64,000 nt of DNA, from NCBI GenBank assembly GCA_977017645.1, contig OZ360226.1, positions 66,464,001 through 66,528,000 on the forward strand. Reading direction: 5' to 3'. Origin of the DNA: Torpedo marmorata. Lineage: Eukaryota. The translations under genes and the position numbers were made by a program. Below are positions 12,040-23,081 of the stretch, in pieces (position 1 is the stretch's first letter; each line of letters begins with the position of its first letter). Below the pieces are notes generated by a model, which made no database searches, was not told the DNA's origin, and saw nothing but the letters and a program-made list of their open reading frames with translations.

Positions 12040-13500
12040 CACGGGGCTCTGTCAGAAATATTTAAAATGTCCTTAGCCAAGAGTGTGGTGCCAGGGGATT
12101 GGAGGGTAGCTTCCATTGTTCCGTTGTATAAAAAAGGCTCCAAAAGTAACCTGGAAATTATAGGCCGGTGAGCCTGATGTCAGTAGTAGTTGAAAGTGTT
12201 CTAAGAGATCAGATATACAATTATTTGGATAGCCATGGACTGATTAGCGATCGTCAACATGGCTTTGTGCGTGGTAGGTCATGTTTAACCAGTCTTATAG
12301 AGTTTTTCCAGGAGGCTACCAGGAAAGTTGACGAAGGAAAGGCTGTGGATGTTGTCTACATGGACTTTAGTAAGGCCTTTGACAAGGTCCCACATGGGAG
12401 GTTAGTCAGGAAGGTTCAGACGCTAGGTATTCATGATGAAGTAGTAAACTGGATTCGACAATGGCTGGATGGGAGAAGCCAGAGAGTAGTGGTGGATGAT
12501 TACTTCTGAGACTGGAGGCCTGTGACTAGTGGTGTGCCTCAGGGATCGGTGCTGGGACCATTGTTGTTTGTCATCTATATCAATGATCTGGATGATAATG
12601 TGGTAAATTGGATCAGCAAGTTTGCAGATGACACTAAGATTGGAGGTGTTGTGGACAGCGAAGAAGCTTTTCAAAGCTTGCAGAGGGATCTAGATCAGCT
12701 GGAAAAATGGGCTGAAAAATGGCAGATGGAATTTAATGCAGACAAGTGTGAGGTTTTGTATTTTGGAAGGACAAACCAAGAAAGGACATACACGGTAAAT
12801 GGTAGGGCACTGAGGAGTGCGGTAGAACAGAGGGATCTGGGAATACAGATACATAATTCCCTGAAGGTGGCGTCACAGGTGGATAGGGTTGTAAAGAGAG
12901 CTTTTGGCATATTGGCCTTCATAAATTGGGATGTTATGTTAAAGTTGTATAAGACATTGGTGATGCCAAATTTGGAGTATTGTGTGCAGTTTTGGTCACC
13001 TAACTACAGGAAAGATAGAAAGAGTGCAGAGAAGATTTACTAGGATGTTGCCCGGACTTCAGAAACTGAGTTACAGGGAAAGGTTAAACAGGTTAGGACT
13101 TTATTCCCTGGAGCGTAGAAGAATGAGGTGAGAATTGATAGAGGTATTTAAAATTATGAGGGGATAGACAGAGTAAATGTAGATAGGCTTTTTCCACTGA
13201 GGGTAGGTGAGGTACAAACCAGAGGACATGGGTTAAGAGTGAAAGGGGAAAAGTTTAGGGGTAACATGAGGGGGAACCCCTTCACACAGAGAGTGGTAGG
13301 GGTGTGGAGCGAGCTTCCAGCTGAGGTGGTGAATGCGGGCTCAATTTTAACATTTAAGAGGAATCTGAACAGGTACATGGATGGGAAAGGTATGGAGGGC
13401 TATGGACTGGGTACAGGTCAGTGGGACAAGGCAGAAAAAATGGTTCAGCACAGACTAGAAGGGCCGAAGAGGCCTGTTTCTGTGCTGTAATGTTCTATGG
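12040..13500 (+). mobile_element. CR1 LINE, 5'-truncated (RT plus 3' end)
   Basis: DFSKAFDKVPH, SGVPQGSVLGP, KFADDTK; CR1 3' end gggccgaa...gcctgtttctgtgctgtaatgttctatg. Confidence 0.93.
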
Positions 13501-13690
13501 GTCGAATCTCCCGATGCCTGCAAGGAGTTTGTACATTCTCCCCATGATCATGTGGGTTTCCTCTGGATGCTCTGGTTTGCTCCCACGTTCCAAAGACGTA
13601 CGGGGTTAGTAGGTTAATTAGTCACATGGGTGTATTCAGGTAGTGCGGGCTTGTGGGCTGGGAGGGCCTGTAACCATGGCGCATTTCTAA
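13501..13690 (+). mobile_element. V-SINE (HE1-like) fragment
   Basis: V-domain ggagtttgtacattctcccc...gtgggtttcctctggatgctctggtttgctcccac. Confidence 0.8.
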
Positions 13691-14259
13691 ATTTTAAAAG
13701 AACCCTCAATATTGCATTAGGTTTTGCACTGAAATGTCTGGAGTGGGACTTGAAATTACAGTCTTCTGACTCAGCCACAGCTGATGCAAGTGCGACAAAC
13801 AACAAGTCGCTGAGTCGTTCCAGCATTTTCTGTTTTTATTTTAGCAATGTAACAGTAACCCAAATAATGTACAGATTATCATGCAGAACTGACTCTGCAA
13901 TGGGAATGTTTTCTACTCCCAATTTACAAGTTTATTTGTACAATTGGCCCATGTACACTTTGTTCAGATGGAGTTATTTTGTCTTCAAACATTATTTTTT
14001 GGCACAGTCACACAAAAGAAAATAATTTGATAGAAGTGTAAGTATTAAAACAACAAATGATTTCACAATCAGATGAAGATGAAATTATATCAACCTGTGC
14101 ATCAGCAGCAAAGAATAAAGGGGTCTGGATATTTGAAAGCATAATAACTTTCAGGCATTCATTATCATTCCTTCAGATAGGAAGCAATCTATTTTAACAT
14201 TATTTTATGTAGTCATGGTATCATGGAATGGCACATCAGAGAAAGAAGCAATGCTAGGA

Positions 14260-15790
14260 ACACTAGACTCCTGATGTCAACAGTTTGGGTGGCTGCTATT
14301 AAAATCAGGGCAGTATTTTTCTGAAAATGGTATCAAGGAACCCTCATAAAATTTAAATCAATTGACATCAAAGACAAAACATTTTATTGATTGGAGTTAA
14401 TGACTTGCATAAAGGAAGGTAATTGTGCTTTTTGGAGATCAATTATCCCAGCTCACGAACATCACCACAGGAGTTTCTCAGGAAACTATCCTTGGCCCAA
14501 CCATCTTCAGTTACTTAATCAATGACTTTCCTTCCATCATTAGGTCAGAAGTGTGGATGCTCACTGATGATTGCACTATGTTCAGTACCATTTGCAACTC
14601 CTTAGCATTTGAACCAGTCATATAACAAGATCTAGACAACATTTGGACCTGGGCAGGTAAAATGCAGGTAATATTTGAACCACAAGTATGGCTAGCAATG
14701 ACTAAACAAACAGAGATTGTAACCAGCTCTCCTTAATATCTGGGATCATTGTTGACCAGAAATCCAACTACCGTATTTGACGGCATATAAGACCCCCCTT
14801 TTTTCCCAAAAAATTGCCTCAAAAAACAACCCAGGTCTTATACGCGAAGGAGACATTTTGGTGCCGCCATTTTGGGCACCAAGTGGAGTCCAGGAAGCGG
14901 GCCCGCAGCTTCGCGGACCACCTTCCCTTGGGTGGCCCGTGCTTTCCGGAGTCGCCGCTGCTCACTTCCCCCGGTAAGGAGGCTCGCTCTCTCCCTCCTT
15001 CCCGCTCACTCGCCCACTCTCTCCCTCCCATTCGCTCTCCCCGCCCATTCGCTCTCCTTGCTCGCTCGCTCTCGCTCACTCGCTCTCCCTGCCCGCTCGC
15101 TCTCCTCGCCCCCCGCCCGTTCGTTCTCACCAGTGCTTTGAGGGGAGCGCTGGGCCTTGATGATCAGCCTTTGTTCGACGAGCACGGACCCTCGAGCAAA
15201 TTGAATGAGGCGCAGGGGCGGGTGGCAGTGAGCGAGTGGCCAGTCAAGCTCAGCTCAACAGGCCGCCCGCTCGCTCACTGCCACCCGCCCCCGCGCCTCA
15301 TTCAATCTGTTCGGGGGGCCGTGCGCGTCGAACAAAGGCTCAGCGTGGAGCCTGATCACCGAGGCCCAATGCTCCTCTCAAATCAAGCGTTCGATTGTCT
15401 GCTCCCCGTGATGGTGGGCCTGGGCCCTGCCTGTTGTCCTGGCTTCTCTCCCTCCCACCCTCATGCGCCCGCAAGTCCCGGCACACCTGTCAATCAACTA
15501 GCGTTTGGACGGTGGGGGGAAGCAGCCTGAGCCTCGGCGTGCGGCGGGCAGGAGAACGTGTTGCTGCTGTGAAGGTAAATACACGAAAACAATTTTTTCT
15601 TGAAATCTCACGCTAAAAATGGGGGGGGGGGTCCTATATGCCGTCAAATACGGTCATACAGTCACACAAATAGGTGCAAGTCAGAGGCTGAGTACCTTGC
15701 AGTGAGTGGTTCATCTCCTGACAGCTCAAGACCTTTCCACAAGGCAGAATCAGGATTGAGATGGAATACTATCCACTTGCCTGGATGATG
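14260..15790 (+). mobile_element. Old degenerate CR1-like LINE interrupted by a MITE
   Basis: GVSQETILGPTIFSYLINDFPSIIRSEV..DDC RT remnant; same family as 59715-60980. Confidence 0.65.
14771..15653. mobile_element. Non-autonomous Tc1/mariner-pogo-type MITE
   Basis: TIRs ccgtatttgacggcatataagacccccc / ggggggtcctatatgccgtcaaatacgg; TA on the left, TC on the right; TIR style shared with 40388-41413. Confidence 0.8.
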
Positions 15791-16592
15791 GCAGACTCAC
15801 AACAAATTGAGAGAAGAAATTAGTCTACAGTGGGTGTCCTCTATGATAAGACCATGTCCTCTAGTTTCTGGCCTCTCTTATGATGGGAAACACCCTCTCA
15901 GCATTTACCCTGTTTAGACCCCAAAGAATCTTATGGGATTCAGTAAGTTTGCCTTTCATTCCTAAGTGCCAATGAGTAGAATTTCAATCTGTTTGACCTT
16001 TGCTCTTTTGACAATCACTCCATACTCAGGATCATCAAGTAAACCTGAAATGTTAAATTGCTTCTTTTAATATAAATATCTCCTGACCAGCTGCATGTTC
16101 CTGGTATGTTTTGATTTTATTTTGGATTTCCATCATTTGTTATATTTTGCTTTGTAGGACAGGAAAACTGGGGTCAGATCCTATGTAATTTCTATCTTTT
16201 CTTCCCACAATAACCTAGCTATTTGACCTCGGTAACTTTATACTTTGAGGAATCCCAAGCTTTTATTAACCTTGATATTTTTCAATATTGCTGGTTTCAC
16301 TGATAGTGTGGCACCATTCTCTTCTCCTGAGAAAACATATGTATTCTTTAGTAGCTTGACAAGGAGATCCTTTTGTGTCATTGTGGTGGTGGTGGGGGGT
16401 GGGGGGGGGTGGTGGGGTGGGGGTGGGTGGGGGGGGTGTTGGGCGCTGTCTGGCGTTAGTGCGGGCAGCGCTGGCGGAACCTAATGCCAAGGCGGCGATG
16501 CAATCCTGGAACCGGTGATCGACTGCGGCCATGGTCAGCATTCCGACCCAGTGGCTCCCTGACCCCGACCCGCAGCCATAGTTGGGGGGGGG

Positions 16593-19500
16593 TGATATGC
16601 CTATCAATTAGCACTCAAGAGACTATGAGAGGGTTAACGAACCATAGGCTTTAATAGACATAAAAACAGACTTACAGTGGACCTGCAGATCTATCCCGGA
16701 CTGTGGGCGGAGCCGTGGCACACAAGCCTTTATTCGGGTGAGAAAAGGGGAGGGATTACCTGGACACCCAAAGGAGGGGAGAGGAGTCGCCGGGACAGAC
16801 AGCAGTACATAATATACACAAACAGTGGTTTACCACATTCACCCCTTCTTTTAAAAGAGTCCAGCGGGGTGAAGTGGCCACAATACAATCACTACAGGAA
16901 TTCAAAATATTTACAGTCATATTTTACAGGTCAAGGCGATCCGGTGGTTTGGCTCGCCTTTGTGACCTGCGCAGTACCCTGGGTGCGGGTTGTGGTGCAG
17001 GGGGTACCCTGGATGCGGGTTGTGGTGCAGGGGAAGATGGCAAAGCCGTCGCCTCCTCCTGTGGTGCTGGGTGAGATGGCAGGATTGTGGGTTCCATCGA
17101 GGGTGCCTGGTCTGACGTTGTAGAAGAGGGAATAGGGAGGGGCCGCAGCGAGTGGTCTTGCCCGTCGATAGGTTCCTCCGGCGCTCCCGCGGGCGCCAGG
17201 TCCCGAATTGAGACCGTGTCCTCTCTCCCATCCGGGAAGACCACGTAGGCGTACTGCGGGTTAGCGTGCGCTAACTGCACCCTCTGGACCGCGGGCTCAT
17301 ATTTGCTGCTCCGGAGGTGGTTGCGGAGCAGCACCGACCCCGGAGACATCAGCCAGGCAGGCAGGGCGGTTCCGGTGTTCGACCTCCTGGAGAAGGAGAA
17401 AAATCTCTCATGAGGCGTTACATTGGTGGCTGTGCACAGTAAGGACCGTATCGAATGGAGGGCTTCGGGGAGAACATCTTGCCAGCGGGAAACCGGCAGT
17501 CCCCTGGACTTGAGAGCCAGGAGCGCCGCCTTCCAGACAGTGGCGTTCTCCCTTTCCACCTGTCCATTACCTCGGGGGTTGTATGCGGTGGTCCTACTAG
17601 TGGCGATGCCCCGGGTCAGCAGGTACTGGCGCAGCTCCTCACTCATAAAAGCTGATCCCCGGTCGCTATGAATGTAGTTCGGGAAGCCGAACAGCGTAAA
17701 TACCTGGCGAAGAGCTTTTATGGTTGAGGCAGCCGAAGTGTCGGGGCAGGGAATGGCGAAGGGGAACTGCGAGTACTCGTCAATAATGTTCAGAAAGTAC
17801 ACATTGCGGTTCGTGGAGGGAAGGGGCCCCTTGAAGTCAATGCTGAGACGTTCAAAGGGGCGAGTGGCTTTGATCAGCTGTGCCTTGTCGGGGCGGTAGA
17901 ACTGGGGTTTGCACTCCGCGCAAACCCGGCAACTGCTGATCATTGTCCTGACCTCTTCCAGGGAGTATGGCAGGTTCTGTGACTTCACGAGGTGAAAGAG
18001 CCTGGTAATTCCTGGGTGGCATAGGTCGTCATGTATGGCGTGTAATCGGTCGATCTGCGCGCTGGCGCACGATCCCCGGGATAGAGCATTGGAGGGCTCA
18101 TTGAGCTTCCCGGGCCGGTACATGATGTCGTAATTGTAGGTGGAGAGCTCTATTCTCCACCTCATGATCTTGTCATTTTTGATCTTACCCCGCTGCTGAT
18201 TGTTGAACATGAATGCCACAGAGCGTTGATCTGTCAGCAGGGTAAAATGCTTACCGGCGAGATAGTGCCTCCAATGCCTGATGGCTTCCACTATGGCCTG
18301 GGCTTCCTTCTCCACTGCTGAGTGCCGAATTTCGGGGCCCTGGAGGGTTCGAGAGAAAAATGCCACCGGCCTTCCCGCCTGGTTGAGGGTAGCAGCCAGC
18401 GCGAAGTCCGATGCGTCACTCTCCACCTGGAAAGGTGTCTCCTCATCCACTGCGTGCATTGTTGCTCGCGCAATGTCCCCTTTTATAAGGTCGAACGCCT
18501 TACGTGCCTCCGAAGCAAGGGGAAATGCAGTGGATTTCACAAGGGGTCGGGCCTTATCCGCATTATTTGGGACCCATTGGGCATAATAGGAAAAGAACCC
18601 GAGGCATCGTTTAAGGGCTCTGGGATTGGTGGGGAGCGGAAGTTCCAGCAGGGGCCGCATGCGTTCGGGGTCTGGTCCAATTACCCCGTTCTCGACCACA
18701 TACCCCAAAATAGCGAGGCGAGTGGTACCAAACACGCATTTTTCTTTGTTATACGTGAGGTTTAGAGCTTTGGCCGCCTGCAGGAACCTCCGGAGGTTGT
18801 TGTCATGGTCCTGACGATCATAACCACAGATGGTAATGTCGTCAAGATATGGGAAAGTGGCTTTAAGTTTGTAATGGTCCACAATCCTGTCCATCTCCCG
18901 CTGAAAAACAGAAACACCATTAGTAACACCAAACGGAAGGCGCAGGAATTGGAACAGCCTGCCATCTGCCTCGAACGCGGTGTATGAACGGTCCTCCCGA
19001 TGGATAGGGAGCTGGTGATATGCCGATTTCGTCGATGGTGGAGAAGAGCCGGTATTGGGCAATTTGGTTCACCATCTCCGCTATCCGTGGTAGCGGGTAT
19101 GCGTCTAGTAGCGTAAACCTGTTAATGGTTTGGCTGTAGTCCACCACCATTCTGCTCTTGGCCCCTTTTACTACAACCACCTGGGCTCTCCAGGGACTAT
19201 TACTCTTCTCTATAATCCCTTCCTGTAGCAATCTCTGTACCTCCGTCTTGATAAATGCTCTGTCCTCGGCACTGTAACGCCTGCTTTTAGTTGCCACAGG
19301 CCTACAGTCCGGGGTCAGGTTCGCAAACAACGACGGAGGTGAGATCTTAAGGGTGGAGAGACCACAGGTGGTTTCGGGCGTGCTATCCAGAAACTGGTGG
19401 TTGGCCACAGTGATCGCGGGGAGAGGACCGTCATACCACATTGTAACACTCTGCAAATGGCTCTGAAAATCCAAACCCAGTAATACACAAACGGTTCATG

Positions 19501-21195
19501 ACAAACAAGGAAAATTGCCGGTACTCTGTCCCTTGTACCACAATGTTCGCCACACACGTCCCCCGGATGTCTGTTGTGTGGGACCCCGACGCCATGGCCA
19601 CCCTCTGGCTTACCGGTACGATCGTTAGGCCACAGCGTTGAACAGTATCCGGGTGGATAAAGCTCTCAGTGCTGCCAGTGTCGAATAAGCACGTTATCTT
19701 GTGTCCCTCGACCAGTATGTCCATCATGGATCTTGTCAGCTGGTGGGGAACGTTCTGGTCGAGGGTGACGGATGCCAAAGTTGGGGTGAGGTCGTCTTGG
19801 TCCGAGGTCATTAAAGATGGCCGCTCCCGTGGGTGGTCGAGGGTGACGGATGCCAAAGTTGGGGAGAAGTCGTCTTGGTCCGAGGTCTTTAAAAATGGCC
19901 GCTCCCGTGGGTTGCACGTGTCACTGGAGGTCTCTGTACAAAATGGCGGCGCCGGAAGTGCAGGAAGTAACGAGGTACTGCTCTGAGATGGCGGCGCCGG
20001 AAGTGCCAGCATGAAAGATGGCCGCTTCCACTCCTCACACGCGGTCGGCGCCAGAAGTGCCAGTCTGCAAGATGACCGCTCCCATCTCTCGCACGCGGCA
20101 CTACTCGGGCCCGCGCGCGGCTTGGAGCGGCAGGCCTTCGCGAAGTGGCCTTTCTTGCCGCAGTTGGAACAAGTCACGTCGCGGGCCGGGCAGCGTTTCC
20201 TCGGATGCTTGTCGAGCCCGCAGAAGTAGCACTTCTCGGGCTCGCGATTAACAGCTGCGGCGGTGAGAGTAGCGTCGGTAGCGGTCGGGTCGCGGGTAGC
20301 GGCGGCAACAATCGGGTCGCGGGCCACAGTGGCCACAGTTGGATCGGTGGGGCTGGGGGATGGGGCGATCCACGCATTAGGCTGGGGGTCCCGCGTCTGC
20401 ATCGCGTCGGAGTTCTGCAGCGCGGACTCCAGCGTGCGAGCCATCGCCACCGCAGAACGGAGATCGAGGTCGGAGTGCTCCAGCAGCCGCTGGCGTACGT
20501 ATACCGACCTCATCCCCATAATAAAGGTGTCCCTCTCCAGCAGATCAACATGTTGTTCTTCGGTCAGCGCTTTACAGGCGCACGCTCACACTAGGGACTG
20601 GATGTCCCTGACAAAGTCCACTATTGACTCCCCGGCCCGCTGTTTTCGCAACAATAGTCTGTACCTTGCGTAGACCTCATTAACAGGGGTCACATAGATC
20701 TTTCTCAGTGCCTCCATCGCCTCGTCGTACGTTCCGCATTTCCAGATGGTCGAATACAACCGAGGGCTTACCCTGGATACGAGGACCTCTAGTTTCTGCT
20801 CGTCGCTTTTGGCCTTGACCTCTTTTGAGAACGATCGGAGGCAGCGTAGCCAGTGTTCGAATGCATGGCCAGCATCAGGAGCTAAAGGGTCGATGTCCAG
20901 TCGGTCCGGTCGGAGGGCGCCTTCCATAACTTTTCTTATGTCTATTAAATTGATATGCCTATCAATTAGCACTCAAGAGACTATGAGAGGGTTAACGAAC
21001 CATAGGCTTTAATAGACATAAAAACAGACCTACAGTGGACCTGCAGATCTATCCCGGACTGTGGGCGGAGCCGTGGCACACAAGCCTTTATTCGGGTGAG
21101 AAAAGGGGAGGGATTACCTGGACACCCAAAGGAGGGGAGAGGAGTCGCCGGGACAGACAGCAGTACATAATATACACAAACAGTGGTTTACCACA
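16593..21195 (-). mobile_element. Full-length young Gypsy/Ty3 LTR retrotransposon
   Basis: 245-bp LTRs at 16593-16837 and 20951-21195 (TG..CA, one mismatch seen at 16672/21030); G-run flanks on both sides; PPT aaaagaaggggtgaa; order gag-PR-RT-RH-IN. Confidence 0.97.
16924..20927 (-). pseudogene. Gypsy gag-pol with one nonsense codon and two frameshifts
   Basis: Zinc knuckles (CYFCG..H..C, CSNCGKKGHFAKAC), protease LFDTGS, RT YLDD, RNase H DAS, integrase HHCC plus DDE. TGA at 20586; frameshifts near 19490 and 19030. Confidence 0.93.
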
Positions 21196-21434
21196 GGGGG
21201 GAAGCAGGGAGAGTTGGGTCAAGTTGAAGGGTTGAAATTAAAAGGGGAACGCGCCCGATTTCTAACTGGCCGCAGTTTGCATGTGCTGAAGCCCCCCTCC
21301 CAGTTGCGTCTTGTTGCAGGAGACGGCACACCTGAGGTTGCGGCTCGATGTCAGGGAGTGCATCCTCCCTCGTCTGGCTGCAGGGAGTCGCGCGCCTGCA
21401 GATCGGGGTCAGGGAGCCGCGCGCCCTCCGACCC

Positions 21435-22533
21435 CCCCCCACAGCGCCCGTCGACACCCCCACCCCGGACAGCGCCCGCCGACCCCCCCCCCCACCCCGG
21501 ACAGCGCCCGCCGACCACCCACCCCCGGACAGCGCCCACCGACCACCACCTCCCCCCCTCCCCGCCTCACCCCGGACAGCGCCCACCGACCAACACCTCC
21601 CCCCCTCCCCGCCTCACCCCGGACAGCGCCCACCGACCACCCCCCCCTCCCCGCCCCGCCCCGGACAGCGCCCGCCGACCACCCCCCCCTCCCCGCCCCG
21701 CCCCACCCCGGACAGCGCCCACCGACCACCACCTCCCCCCCTCCCCGCCTCACCCCGGACAGCGCCCGCCGACCACCCACCCCCGGACAGCGCCCGCCGA
21801 CCACCCCGGACAGCGCCCACCGACCACCCCCCCCTCCCCGCCCCACCCCGGACAGCGCCCGGCGACCACCCCCTCCCCCTCCCCGCCCCGCCCCACCCCG
21901 GACAGCGCCCGCCGACCACCCACCCCCGGACAGCGCCCGCCGACCACCACCTCCCCCCCTCCCCGCCTCACCCCGGACAGCGCCCACCGACCACCCCCCC
22001 CTCCCCGCCCCACCCCGGACAGCGCCCACCGACCACCACCCCCTCCCCGCCTCACCCCGGACAGCGCCCACCGACCACCACCTCCCCCCCTCCCCCCCCC
22101 ACCCCGGACAGCGCCCACCGACCACCACCTCCCCCCCTCCCCGCCTCACCCCGGACAGCGCCCACCGACCACCACCTCCCCCCCTCCCCCCCCCACCCCG
22201 GACAGCGCCCACCGACCACCACCTCCCCCCCTCCCCGCCTCACCCCGGACAGCGCCCACCGACCACCACCTCCCCCCCTCCCCCCCCCACCCCGGACAGC
22301 GCCCGCCGACCACCACCTCCCCCCCTCCCCGCCCCACCCCGGACAGCGCCCACCGACCACCACCTCCCCCCCTCCCCGCCTCACCCCGGACAGTGCCCGC
22401 TGACCACCACCTCCCCCCCTCCCCGCCTCACCCCGGACAGCGCCCACCGACCCCCCCCCCCTCCCCGCCTCACCCCGGACAGCGCCCACCGACCACCCCC
22501 CCCTCCCCGCCTCACCCCGGACAGCGCCCGCCG
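21435..22533. repeat. C-rich minisatellite, variable ~20-50-bp units with core ccccggacagcgcccRccgaccacc
   Basis: More than 20 copies of ggacagcgccc separated by C-runs of variable length. Confidence 0.95.
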
Positions 22534-23081
22534 CATGGCGCCTTTTTCATGTGCTCTCGCTCCCCGACTTCAGAACCTGGCTGTGACCCTGCTCCCCCCT
22601 TGCTACGCCACTGATTTGAAGTATCCAATTCTCAACTTCATTTCACACAGGATGTACCTAACATGAATAAACTGATTGAATACAAGAATAAGCTGCCACA
22701 GAAATAGGACACTACAAGTGGTTGTGAAAATTGGTTTAATTTGACTTTTTTATTGGGCGTGTTGCTTCCAGTAAAGATAGTTTGATTATTTGAAATTTCT
22801 CTCACTTTTGGAATTTGAATTAAAGCGGTGAATATTGGGAGTTGGAAACCAACATGACAGGAGGAGTGGTGGGAGATGAAGTGTGTGTGAATTTTAGTTA
22901 CATCCCTTCATCTGTCAGAATTGATCATTTTTCTCACCTTCCTGTTCATCTCCTCACATGTAAGGATTCCCTGATCTACAAACACTGGTGAACATCAGTT
23001 TCATGGATTTTGCTCCTCGTGGCTCACTAGCTGCATACATTTGCTCAGATTTTCCTTTAGCCTGCACTTACCTGGATCTTC

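Larger units (their letters stand above)
16379..22613. mobile_element. GC-rich non-autonomous DNA element (hAT-like right end) split by the Gypsy insertion
   Basis: Right end ...ttgctacgccactg is the reverse complement of CAGTGGCGTAGC. The left part carries gggcgctgtc, the inverse of the minisatellite core. Left TIR and TSD are not resolved. Confidence 0.45.

Noticed and set aside
14814-15530. 238-aa ORF
   Set aside because: Inside a MITE; made of CT-rich low-complexity sequence plus a palindrome; no transposase motifs.
21435-22533. CRISPR-like look (constant core plus variable linkers)
   Set aside because: Linkers are related C-runs, not unique spacers; no cas genes; vertebrate context.
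21214-22666. Long Pro-rich and Gly-rich ORFs (350-470 aa) in several frames
   Set aside because: By-products of a stop-free C-rich minisatellite; open in many frames with no domain signal.
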